32,000 nt of DNA from positions 720,001 through 752,000 of the forward strand of contig NC_004460.2 of the NCBI RefSeq assembly GCF_000039765.1, read 5' to 3'. A model generated the notes under the pieces. It searched no databases. It had not been told where the DNA came from and saw only the letters and a list, made by a program, of their open reading frames with translations. This DNA is from Vibrio vulnificus CMCP6. Its GTDB lineage: Bacteria; Pseudomonadota; Gammaproteobacteria; Enterobacterales; Vibrionaceae. Position 1 is the first letter of the stretch, and every line of letters begins with the position of its first letter. This document shows, piece by piece, positions 7,682-16,659 of this stretch. Position numbers and translations under genes: made by a program.

Positions 7682-8740
7682 ATGAGCCAACGTATTCATC
7701 TTTCGCGAAACCCCTGGGGGGGCGGAAAACAAGATCCTCCTAATTTTGGTGAAGCTTTCTACACTCTCTTTCATCATTTTAAGAAAAGGCTTCCAAACGG
7801 AAGGTGTTCAAGTTTATTTATTCCTCTTATCGTCTTCCTTCTAACATCCATTTCCTGGAGCGTCTTTTACACAGTGCCGAGCGATTCTGTTGCGGTGATA
7901 CAGCGGTTTGGGAAATATGTTCATAGTGTACCTGCAGGGCTTCATTTAAAGATGCCACTTGGTATCGATGCCGTAAAAATAGTGCCTGTGAAGAGACAGC
8001 TCAAACAAGAGTTTGGGTTTATTACTCCAGGGGCAAGTGACCCTCACCAAAATCCGCGAGTCAACTCTCGGCATCAAGAAATGCAAATGGTGACTGGTGA
8101 TTTAAATGCCGCTCTTGTCGAGTGGGTGGTGCAGTATAGAATCTCTGAACCCATCCATTTTCTATTCGAAGTCCGTGAGCCTAGTGAGACCCTTCGATAT
8201 GTTTCTGAATCTGTGATGCGCGAAGTGGTAGGAGATAGGACTGTGGATGAAGTGATCACCATAGGTCGGCAAGAAATTGAGTCCGAAGCTCTATCAAAAA
8301 TGCAAGCGCTCTCTACGAAATATGTCTTAGGGATCAGAATTGACCAAGTTCAGTTGAAAAACATCAACCCACCTCAACCTGTCCAAGCGTCGTTCAATGA
8401 AGTAAATCAAGCTCAACAAGAAAAAGAGAAACTGATTAACGAAGCTCGTAGAGATTACAACAAAGTGATCCCTTTAGCGCTAGGAGAAAAAGATCAGCGA
8501 ATCAGAGAAGCTGATGGTTATCGCTTAAAACGCATTAATGAGGCAGAGGGGGATACGGCTCGTTTCAATGCTTTACTGCTTGAGTACGTTAAAGCACCTG
8601 AAGTGACTTTGCGAAGAATCTATCTTGAAACAATGCAGGTCGTCTTACCGAATATTCACACCAAGATTATCATTGATGAGCGAACCAACAGTATTTTGCC
8701 CCTGCTTGATCTCAATAAAATACAAGGAGATGCAAAATGA
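7682..8740 (+). CDS. hflK: HflK-like SPFH/band-7 membrane protein
   Basis: 'NPWGGG' at the N-terminus, a TM segment, an SPFH core ('VVQYRISEP', 'VMREVVGDRTVDEV') and the coiled-coil tail 'EAEGDTARF' fit HflK. ATG 7682, with GGAGG 9-10 nt upstream, is preferred over the track's TTG 7532. Confidence 0.8.
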   Translation: MSQRIHLSRNPWGGGKQDPPNFGEAFYTLFHHFKKRLPNGRCSSLFIPLIVFLLTSISWSVFYTVPSDSVAVIQRFGKYVHSVPAGLHLKMPLGIDAVKIVPVKRQLKQEFGFITPGASDPHQNPRVNSRHQEMQMVTGDLNAALVEWVVQYRISEPIHFLFEVREPSETLRYVSESVMREVVGDRTVDEVITIGRQEIESEALSKMQALSTKYVLGIRIDQVQLKNINPPQPVQASFNEVNQAQQEKEKLINEARRDYNKVIPLALGEKDQRIREADGYRLKRINEAEGDTARFNALLLEYVKAPEVTLRRIYLETMQVVLPNIHTKIIIDERTNSILPLLDLNKIQGDAK

Positions 8741-9726
8741 AACCGATTAACGTAGGGCTTGTAATCGCATTGATTTTGGGTGTGTCTCTTAGCCTATACA
8801 ATGCATTGTACACGGTTAATGAAGTTCAACAGGTCGTTATCACTCAGTTTGGCAAGCCTATCGGGACGCCTATTGTGAATGCAGGATTGAAGATAAAAAT
8901 ACCCTACATTCAAGAAATAAACATGATCGATAAACGTGTCTTGGAGTGGGATGGACGACCTTCTGATATGCCAACAAAAGACAAACTGTATATTTCTGTA
9001 GACCTATTTGCTCGGTGGCGAATTATCGATCCGCTTCAATACTTCTTACGTCTCAAAGATGAGCGCAGTGCACAATCACGGCTGGACGATATTTTGGGTA
9101 GTGAAACGCGAAATGCAGTGGCAAAACATGAACTGATAGAAATAATCCGAACAAACAAAAATCGAAAACCGTTGCGAGACCCCTTACTGAGCGAGGCTGA
9201 AAGAGCGTTAAAAATTGGCGCTCTCGTGCCTATTCAAAAAGGTCGTCAATTAGTAGAACAAGAAATATTCTTAGCAGCGGCAGAAAAAATAAAAATTTTT
9301 GGTATTGAACTGCTCGATATTCGTTTCAAACGTATTAACTACAATGAGAGTGTTCGTCCCAAAATTTACGAGCGAATGGTCAGTGAACGTCGTCAAATTG
9401 CAGAACGTTTTTTGTCGGAAGGCAATGGGGAAGCAGCAAGGATCCGAGGTGACCGGATCAGAGATTTGAATATGATTCAATCTGAGGCCTATCGAGAGGT
9501 AGAAGAGATTCGAGGGCAAGCCGATGCGAAAGCTGCTGAAATTTATGCGTCAGCTTACAATAAAAACCCTGAAGCAACACGTCTGTATGAGTTCACACGA
9601 ACGATGCAGTCTTACTCAACTGTCCTGGCAGAAAACACAACACTGGTTTTGTCTACCAATAGTGAATTATTCAAGTTTCTTAATGGTGTTGAAGGCAGCT
9701 TAAATGGCACGGCTGAAAAGCAATGA
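8737..9726 (+). CDS. hflC: HflC-like SPFH/band-7 membrane protein
   Basis: There is an N-terminal TM segment, 'VITQFGKP' and an SPFH core, followed by a coiled coil. It overlaps hflK by ATGA, with AAGGAG 8 nt upstream. Confidence 0.8.
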   Translation: MKPINVGLVIALILGVSLSLYNALYTVNEVQQVVITQFGKPIGTPIVNAGLKIKIPYIQEINMIDKRVLEWDGRPSDMPTKDKLYISVDLFARWRIIDPLQYFLRLKDERSAQSRLDDILGSETRNAVAKHELIEIIRTNKNRKPLRDPLLSEAERALKIGALVPIQKGRQLVEQEIFLAAAEKIKIFGIELLDIRFKRINYNESVRPKIYERMVSERRQIAERFLSEGNGEAARIRGDRIRDLNMIQSEAYREVEEIRGQADAKAAEIYASAYNKNPEATRLYEFTRTMQSYSTVLAENTTLVLSTNSELFKFLNGVEGSLNGTAEKQ

Positions 9727-11066
9727 CTAAAAGAAAGAAGAGAGCAGCCATTAATCTGACCCGGCTACCAATAGAGTACATTGATTGGTTATCTCGTCCT
9801 ATATACCGTTTTATTCATATTGAATCTGCCGCTGGAATTGTACTGTTTATTTCAACGCTCTTAGCTGTTTTATTGGCTAATTCACATTTAAGTGAGGAGT
9901 TTGCTCGTTTTTGGCAGATTTCGCTAGGGATGACGGTTGGTGATTTAGTTTTTGAGCGTTCATTACACAAATGGGTCAATGATGCCGGAATGACCCTATT
10001 TTTCTTTCTTATTGCCTTGGAGCTTAAGCGTGAGTTAGTGCTAGGTGAACTTCGCAATCCCCAATTAGCTCTCCTTTCCATTGCTGCTGCTCTTGGAGGC
10101 ATGTCGACCCCGCCTCTTTTTTACTTACTTCTACAGTACGGTGAATCCGGTCAGCATGGTTGGGGGACGGTCATGGCAACGGATACCGCCTTTGTGATCG
10201 GATGTCTTGCACTCTTAGGGCGAAGCATTCCAAGCAGTTTGCGGATATTCATGTTATCAATGGCCGTGGTGGATGATATCGGTGCGATCTTTGTTGTCGC
10301 TATTGGTTACGGAGAAGCGGTTGACTGGCTGGTGTTATCCTATGCGTTGTTGGGCTTTATGCTTGTCCGTGCGATGGCTTTCTTAGGGGTCCGTAGTCTT
10401 GTACTCTTTTCTATTGTCGGCGGAGCAATATGGTTGGTTATCGATATGTCTGGTGTTCATCCAACAATTACAGGAGTGATTCTCGGCTTACTAACCCCCA
10501 CGAATAAATGGATGAGTAGGCAGCATCTTTTTATCATTATGGAGGCTTTAGTGCCATCTTCACCTAGTCAACAATGGAGTGGTGACAAGAGAGAAGGAGA
10601 GATCTTAAAAACCGCAGCGGCGGCTGCACGAGAAACGCTTTCACCTGTAGAGCGGCTGGAAATGTTGCTTCATCCTTGGGTCGGGTTTGTTGTTTTACCG
10701 TTGTTTGCTCTTGCTAACGCGGGAGTTTCATTGACCAGTGTAAACCTAACGTCTCCTATTACGCTGGCTGTTTTTGTGGGTTTTGTTTTTGGTAAACCTA
10801 TCGGTATTGTCTTGTTTAGTTGGATTGCTGTCTGGCTAGGGATCGCGAAATTGCCTGAAAATTTGAATTGGGGAATGGTATTTGGGGGAGGTATGTTGGC
10901 TGGTATTGGTTTTACTATGGCACTATTCATCTCGGAACTAGCGTATAACCCAGACCAAATAAATGCTGCGAAATTGGGTATCTTCATCGCGTCCATTACT
11001 TCGGCTTTAATTGGTTTCCTCTGTTTACGGTATTTCGCGGCTAGAGAAAAACAGAAGAGGACTTAA
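9723..11066 (+). CDS. nhaA: Na+/H+ antiporter NhaA family
   Basis: 'NDAGMTLFFFLIALELKRE', 'ATDTAFVIG' and 'VVDDIGAI' are NhaA signature blocks, with about 12 TM segments. It overlaps the hflC-like gene by ATGA. Confidence 0.85.
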   Translation: MTKRKKRAAINLTRLPIEYIDWLSRPIYRFIHIESAAGIVLFISTLLAVLLANSHLSEEFARFWQISLGMTVGDLVFERSLHKWVNDAGMTLFFFLIALELKRELVLGELRNPQLALLSIAAALGGMSTPPLFYLLLQYGESGQHGWGTVMATDTAFVIGCLALLGRSIPSSLRIFMLSMAVVDDIGAIFVVAIGYGEAVDWLVLSYALLGFMLVRAMAFLGVRSLVLFSIVGGAIWLVIDMSGVHPTITGVILGLLTPTNKWMSRQHLFIIMEALVPSSPSQQWSGDKREGEILKTAAAAARETLSPVERLEMLLHPWVGFVVLPLFALANAGVSLTSVNLTSPITLAVFVGFVFGKPIGIVLFSWIAVWLGIAKLPENLNWGMVFGGGMLAGIGFTMALFISELAYNPDQINAAKLGIFIASITSALIGFLCLRYFAAREKQKRT

Positions 11067-11148
11067 GCTCTATCGTGACGAATACACACACAACCGAGTT
11101 ACTGTCCCCCTTTAAATAAAGGTATGGGAGGAGGCGTCGTTATGTGCA

Positions 11149-11469
11149 TCAAAGTGTGTCCCACATAACGTCACACTCCCCCGCTATTGCCGAATTTAAT
11201 AAGTTAAGTAATGGATAGGCTCGAACAATAATCGAGACGGAATGTTCTGAGTGTTCATTTTCTTCTTGTGTTTCAACAAGATTAAGGCGTCGTATGTTTT
11301 CTTGTTTCAGTTCGCTTTTGAGCTGCTTCAACGCTTCTGGAATGTTTGGTGCGAGAATTGCGCCTGGTATAGCTCCGCTATGTCCCATCATTTTTATCAT
11401 TTCTTGGGCCACGTCCCCAAACATTGTGACACTTGCATGATTTTTACAACTAAAATTTACCAACATCAT
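11149..11469 (-). CDS. DUF1840 domain protein (~106 aa)
   Basis: 'MLVNFSCKNHASVTMFGDVAQEMIKMMGHSG' matches my recollection of the DUF1840 N-terminus. AAGAGG lies upstream of ATG 11469. The track's 170-aa version carries a basic, low-plausibility N-terminal extension. Confidence 0.6.
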   Translation of the reverse strand: MMLVNFSCKNHASVTMFGDVAQEMIKMMGHSGAIPGAILAPNIPEALKQLKSELKQENIRRLNLVETQEENEHSEHSVSIIVRAYPLLNLLNSAIAGECDVMWDTL

Positions 11470-11936
11470 AAAACCTCTTGTCGCTTGTCTTTTACTAAAC
11501 CAAATCGTAACGGGAGCAAATCTCCCTACGTTCCTTAACCTAGGGGAGAGATAAGATTTTTTTCGTCCAGTTACCTGCGTGTTTTTCACCACTTTAGCTT
11601 GTTTGGAAAGGGGCAAAACACATTGTTTTTGTTTACTTGATAAGGAGCGTTTTGTTATCACCTTGTGGTGTAAATCTGAGATAAAGCTCTTCTCCCATTG
11701 AGTCTATATGGAGAAGTCGAGTAACAGCATATCGCTCAAGACATTATGAAAGTATTATTCATTTAGTCCGCTTAGAATGAGTTCATGACCTTAAGTAAAA
11801 AGATGGTATTGAGGCAATCTACCGTATTGGAGTCCTCTTTCGCTTTTATTTGGGAGCGATTTGACGGTATTGTATACATGTTAAATGAACATCTGCTACG
11901 TATACCCTTCTAGACGGAATCCAGAGACCGTGTCCC

Positions 11937-13019
11937 TCATAAGCCTTTTCTTAGGCAACGATGGTTAAACACTTTATGCACTGAACTTGAAGACATCGCG
12001 GATAAAAATGCACTGTAATCGAGTTTAAATGGCACTTTATTTCCAACAATTAGAGACTCTTCGGCTGTTTCAATGATCAGATGATCGCTACTCGATGACA
12101 CAATACTCATGTCGTCAGGTGGGTGCAGCCCCTGAACACAAACATCTTGACGGCCTAGGGCAAGAATCGCCTGTGCAACGGATCCTCGGTCTTGGAGTGC
12201 TTCCTTCTCACCAAATGCATTTACGCCTCGATTACCCCAGGGCAGAGATGGTTTAATTTTGGCTTCGATCACTTCAGCAGTTAATGTGACCGCATCTGTG
12301 TGGAGACCTCCGAGCGGTTGTTGCTCATTAGGCACACAACCGAGAAAAATGGCTTCCCCTAGTCGCAAGTTGTTGATGCGAGTTCTCCCTTGATGAGCCA
12401 GAACCCAATTGATGGAAGAGGAGTTGCCTCCGGAAATAATCTCAAGGTTGATACCAAATACGGCTTCGATACCATCAGCGAGATCAGACAGAAGTCTCAT
12501 TTTTTTGTCATCCGGTGTGATGCCGTAGCGACAGGTAAGATTCGCCCCAATGCCTTTTATGATTATATTAGGTAAAGATATGATTTCACTAATAAAACCA
12601 ATGAGACGACTTGGCATCACTCCTTCTCTTAAATCCCCAAGCTCAACCATGATTATCACGCCGTGTTTGGAATTCACTTGTTTTGCAACGCGGGAGAGTT
12701 GCTGAATAACTTGGATTTCAGTGTTCAAACTGATATCACAATACTCTACAACCTTCGCTGTTTGGCTCAGCATTGGGGTACGAATGAGCATTTTGGGTAC
12801 CGTAATCCCAGAATGGACCATTCTTTGGATATTTTCGATTCTGGAGTCTGCTAGTGTACTTGCACCAGCATCAATGAGAAGCTGAGCAATGATGGGATGG
12901 CCTAAACAGGATTTTGTCACAGGTGTGACTGACACATTTTTTAAAGCCAGTCGTTCAATGAGATACTGAGTATTATGATGAATTTTAAAACAATCGAGAT
13001 CTAGCTTTGGGTACCTCAC
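11937..13019 (-). CDS. Alanine/ornithine racemase-family PLP-dependent enzyme (COG3457-like)
   Basis: The N-terminal barrel pattern with 'VTPVTKSC' gives a PLP-lysine candidate. Overall size and layout are YhfX/Orr-like. The GTG start overlaps the stop of the upstream DUF1611 gene (GTGA). Confidence 0.65.
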   Translation of the reverse strand: MRYPKLDLDCFKIHHNTQYLIERLALKNVSVTPVTKSCLGHPIIAQLLIDAGASTLADSRIENIQRMVHSGITVPKMLIRTPMLSQTAKVVEYCDISLNTEIQVIQQLSRVAKQVNSKHGVIIMVELGDLREGVMPSRLIGFISEIISLPNIIIKGIGANLTCRYGITPDDKKMRLLSDLADGIEAVFGINLEIISGGNSSSINWVLAHQGRTRINNLRLGEAIFLGCVPNEQQPLGGLHTDAVTLTAEVIEAKIKPSLPWGNRGVNAFGEKEALQDRGSVAQAILALGRQDVCVQGLHPPDDMSIVSSSSDHLIIETAEESLIVGNKVPFKLDYSAFLSAMSSSSVHKVFNHRCLRKGL

Positions 13020-14221
13020 CTTAGTTCTGCTCTAGTATTTTCTAGCAAAGGATAGGCTGAGAAGATCATTTGTAACAGATGTTCTTTAGGTTGAGACAAT
13101 GGGTCTGTCACCGGTAGGCCCAACTCAGCAGAATAAGCACTGATTGCTGATAGTATTTCATCGGAAGACAACCCTTCGTGATTCAGTGTTAATCCTATCA
13201 CAGTGGTGTCTGAGAAGGCCTGAATAAGATTGATTTCATAGGCTACTGACGGGATTGGCAGTTCTGGGAAATCAACGCGATACGCCCGTTTCGGGGCGTG
13301 CTGCAAAATAACAGCCGTTGGACAGCAGCCTCGTAATATATGAGAGCTGGTAGAAAAGGCTTGGTGACTCAATGCCCCTTGGCCTTCGATGATGATGATA
13401 TCGGGGTTTTCATTCTCATAGGCCTTCACAATGACCGCTTCCAACTCACCAGCACAGAAAAAAGAAGAGACGGCGTCTAGCGCAACACCGTAGGGAGCGC
13501 CTTGCATAATGCCAGTCTGCCCCGTTGCTATCATAACGACATTCAGCCCTTTGTTTCTTAACTCGTTGGTTAAAATAGTCGCAGTTGTTCTTTTTCCTAA
13601 AGCGCAGTCTGTCCCCATTACCGCAATTCTAGGGCATTTGACTTGGTGTATTTTTCCACTAAATGATTGCATATTTTCGTTGTTCTTGGGTTTGCGAACA
13701 TCAACGATATGGACGTTGTATTTGAGACTGGCTTCAATAAAAACAGGGTCTTCGGTTAGAAATTCATGTAATCCAATAATGATGTTTATATGACAAGACA
13801 TAGCTTTTAGAAGGATGTCTCTTTCGGTGTCAGAAAGTAAGCCATTTGATGGTGCAATTCCAAAAATAAAGTAGCTAGGAGCGATGTCTGTGTGACGCAG
13901 GGCTTCTTCTAGGTCTGAAAAGATGGGAATGGTGTTTTTTTTACCGTCAAGTATTTCTCCAGAGTTAGAGCCTGAAAGTTCACTATCAATCACCGACAAA
14001 ATTCGATAATTGGGAGAGTGTCTTACCAAACCGTTCGCTGTTTTTCCGTCGGTTTTACCAAAGTTACCTTCACAGTAAATAATTGCAGTGGGCGTCGTCG
14101 GATTAACTTTATGACAAAGAGGCGTCCAAGGTTCCGGACGAGTTGGGCTATGGTCGTTTTTTATATGTTCGGTTCTAGTTAATTGAAAGATGTTTCTTAA
14201 CTTTCTAGTTGAAATTGACAT
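13016..14221 (-). CDS. DUF1611 domain protein (DgcN-like), paralog B
   Basis: 'IIYCEGNFGKTDGKTANGLVR', 'VMGTDCALGKRTTA' and 'IIIEGQGALSH' are present. Roughly half of the aligned residues are identical to paralog A, judged by eye. Confidence 0.8.
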   Translation of the reverse strand: MSISTRKLRNIFQLTRTEHIKNDHSPTRPEPWTPLCHKVNPTTPTAIIYCEGNFGKTDGKTANGLVRHSPNYRILSVIDSELSGSNSGEILDGKKNTIPIFSDLEEALRHTDIAPSYFIFGIAPSNGLLSDTERDILLKAMSCHINIIIGLHEFLTEDPVFIEASLKYNVHIVDVRKPKNNENMQSFSGKIHQVKCPRIAVMGTDCALGKRTTATILTNELRNKGLNVVMIATGQTGIMQGAPYGVALDAVSSFFCAGELEAVIVKAYENENPDIIIIEGQGALSHQAFSTSSHILRGCCPTAVILQHAPKRAYRVDFPELPIPSVAYEINLIQAFSDTTVIGLTLNHEGLSSDEILSAISAYSAELGLPVTDPLSQPKEHLLQMIFSAYPLLENTRAELR

Positions 14222-14280
14222 AATTAAAGCCTGCAGTAAGGCTTAGGGGGCTACTAAGGAGTGCCGAGATGTGAGTTCGG

Positions 14281-14312
14281 AAAAGAAAAGAAGTCCCTAC
14301 TAAGCGGTAGGG
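14281..14312 (-). terminator. Rho-independent terminator candidate (minus strand)
   Basis: On the minus strand the stem is CCCTAC-CGCTTA-GTAGGG, followed by ACTTCTTTTCTTTT. It lies downstream of the EEP pseudogene and upstream of DUF1611-B. Confidence 0.55.
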
Positions 14313-14351
14313 TAAGCAACCATGCTAACACACTTCCAAGACTTTTGTTGG

Positions 14352-14734
14352 TTAATCAATAAAATGACTATTTGATTTTGGAAAAGCAAAATCGATATTT
14401 TCATCTGCATTTGAGATGTTGCCTGAGGCCAAGCGGAAATCGAGGCCTTTTTGAATCGCAAAAGCCAAGTTCATGTCATCTGTGCTTTCATCGTCGATGA
14501 TGATGTTGCATTGATCAGGTGGGAAAAGCGCTCTAAAGCGTAGCGATCCCTGACCTCTTGAAGGGCAATAATGTCTGCATTGAGTCTAGGGACCGTTTCT
14601 TGATAGTTGATGACCCTAACTTTGTTCATGTAGGCCGATAAAAACTTCGAGTTGTAAGTGGCCAATCGAAGGTGATCTGATGAGTAAGTGGAAAAAGAAA
14701 AAACAAGGAGTGAGAGTGCAATAAATATTTTCAA
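14352..14734 (-). pseudogene. Endonuclease/exonuclease/phosphatase (EEP) family gene remnant
   Basis: A signal peptide plus 'LRLATYNSKFL...ADIIALQEV' is a typical EEP N-terminus. The frame then breaks, and only a short C-terminal piece (…DDMNLAFAIQKG…) follows in another frame. Most of the domain is missing. Confidence 0.65.
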
Positions 14735-15214
14735 GGAAACAATCCGTGCGGCTAATGTTTTGTCATTTATACATTTACAGGGTGGATTTAACTTGACTTA
14801 ATATGTGCGAATGGGCTGTGAACTGAAACTTATGTCGCTGATAATCATATAAATATCAAATTGCTGCGACGAGCTACAAAGTACAATTATACAACGTAAG
14901 CATTTGTTTTTATGTGTAAATGAATATTTCTTGCATTTACTGTCAATGTTAATTAGCGCTTTATTTCCGAGAAAATTAAATATAGTGTTCTTTGAACGTT
15001 ATTTTTTGTGAACGAAAAACTAGGTAGAACAAACTACCCCTGTTCTACTTGAAAAGAAGTGCCAGCTATAGTCATCTTTTAACCTTGTCGATGTGCTTCT
15101 TCTTTTCTTATTTTATCTGATTCCATTTCATTTATTTTAAAAATAGAAATATCACCAAAGTGGGACGTTTTTGGGCTAAATGTCTACTGTTGATTATTTT
15201 TTGTACGAACCAAC

Positions 15215-15244
15215 TTGCACTGAAGTTTGAAAACTCGGTATAAC
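15215..15244 (+). promoter_or_regulatory. Sigma-70 promoter candidate for the small-ORF/MFS/HExxH operon
   Basis: TTGCAC (15215-15220), an 18-nt spacer, then TATAAC (15239-15244). It lies about 70 nt upstream of the small ORF. A hairpin ACAATC-GAAA-GATTGT lies in the putative leader. Confidence 0.3.
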
Positions 15245-15316
15245 GATATTGCAGCTAACAATTACTTAACAATCGAAAGATTGTAATCCAATCAACGTAG
15301 AAAGAGGAAAGACATC

Positions 15317-15394
15317 ATGAAAAAGCTAGATAAATCAAAACTTTTTTCTGTAAAAAAGAAAGGTTCTCCTGTTCTTAAAGTGGTAGAGAACTAA
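15317..15394 (+). CDS. 25-aa Lys-rich small ORF MKKLDKSKLFSVKKKGSPVLKVVEN (candidate RiPP precursor or regulatory leader peptide); absent from the ORF track
   Basis: ATG 15317 is preceded by AAGAGGAAAG with 7-nt spacing. The TAA stop is at 15392-15394. It sits 26 nt upstream of the MFS gene in the same orientation. Confidence 0.5.
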   Translation: MKKLDKSKLFSVKKKGSPVLKVVEN

Positions 15395-15420
15395 TCGAAA
15401 GAAGTTTTGGAGGTTATTTG

Positions 15421-16659
15421 ATGAACTACTACTTGTATATTTTTTCTCACTTAGCCTCCATCGTTGCTTTTCGAAGTACGACGATTATCGTGATATGGGC
15501 TTTAGTGCAGTCATTTGGCCAAGCAGAAAGTGTTGGACTTTTAGTGGCCATTATGTGGATTGCTAATATTCTATTTTTGCCGGTTTCAGGTTATTTCCTA
15601 GACATCTACTCAAAGAAAACCATCATACTGATTTCGAGCATCGGCTCTGCGGTGGCGGCAACGCTACTGTTGTCCTTCAATAGCTCCTTGCTCATTTGTA
15701 TCTTACTCGTTTCAATACTCTCCATATTCAATAGTGCAATCTCAGCAGCCCCTAATGCCGTAATCCCCCTTTTAGTGAGTCAAGACAGGTTAACAAAGGC
15801 CATTGGTTTGGCTGCAACGTTGAACTCTTTGCAAGTGATAATAGGTGTCATTATTGGTGGTGGGGTCATTTATGCGATTGGTATAGAAGTATCTTTGTTT
15901 GTCACAACAGCACTCTATTTACTGTCTCTCGTCCTAATTTTATCGGTGCGTCTTCCTAGTGTTTCGCCTGAGCAGGGAGAGGTTTCTGGGAAAAGAGTTT
16001 CCCAGCTTACTCAAGGTTTTCGAAGTTTAAGCACATTAAAACCTGAAGTGATGTTTTGTTTTTCAGCGATGGTCGGCAATTTCATTCTAACCCCACTAAT
16101 TTCAATTGTTATACCAATCTATGTCCAACAGAGTCTCAATAACAACATTGGTTATGTTGTGCTGTTTGAGTCTGCGATCGCAGTTGGAATGATAGCTGGA
16201 GGGACGATGGCGATGAGAGCGGCTTCGTTTATGAACCGATATCACCAAGTTCTTTTAGGTGGACTTTTAATTGGTGTCGGGGTAGTGGCTTTCGCTGCAT
16301 TTGAACACACATACATAAAAGCGTTTGCACTCTTCAGCTCAGGGATGGGACTCACCATCAAAGGTATTCCTTTTAGCTCACTTAGAGGTCATGCCGTACC
16401 TGCAAACTATAAGGCTAGGATAGAATCTGCGATCTTTACGCTTTGTATCTTGAGCATACCATTAGGCAGTTTTACGTTTAGCTACCTCATTGATAACACA
16501 CAACTGGATATTAATAGTCTGGTGATGTTTATGGGCGTTCTTATTGTCTTATCACTCACTTTTATTGTGTTTTCAAAAGAGAGTGTGGCGGTTTTAAAAA
16601 CAAAAGACGAAGAATTGGTCCACTACTACACAACTCATTACCCACAGGCCTTCAAATAA
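15421..16659 (+). CDS. MFS transporter (EntS/MFS_3-like exporter type)
   Basis: There are about 12 predicted TM segments throughout. GGAGG (15409-15413) lies 7 nt upstream of ATG 15421, whereas the track starts at TTG 15418. Confidence 0.8.
   Translation: MNYYLYIFSHLASIVAFRSTTIIVIWALVQSFGQAESVGLLVAIMWIANILFLPVSGYFLDIYSKKTIILISSIGSAVAATLLLSFNSSLLICILLVSILSIFNSAISAAPNAVIPLLVSQDRLTKAIGLAATLNSLQVIIGVIIGGGVIYAIGIEVSLFVTTALYLLSLVLILSVRLPSVSPEQGEVSGKRVSQLTQGFRSLSTLKPEVMFCFSAMVGNFILTPLISIVIPIYVQQSLNNNIGYVVLFESAIAVGMIAGGTMAMRAASFMNRYHQVLLGGLLIGVGVVAFAAFEHTYIKAFALFSSGMGLTIKGIPFSSLRGHAVPANYKARIESAIFTLCILSIPLGSFTFSYLIDNTQLDINSLVMFMGVLIVLSLTFIVFSKESVAVLKTKDEELVHYYTTHYPQAFK

Noticed and set aside
11470-11661. 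64-codon N-terminal extension of the DUF1840 ORF
   Set aside because: It is a highly basic, low-complexity extension, and the DUF1840 family is about 100 aa. The internal ATG has an SD.
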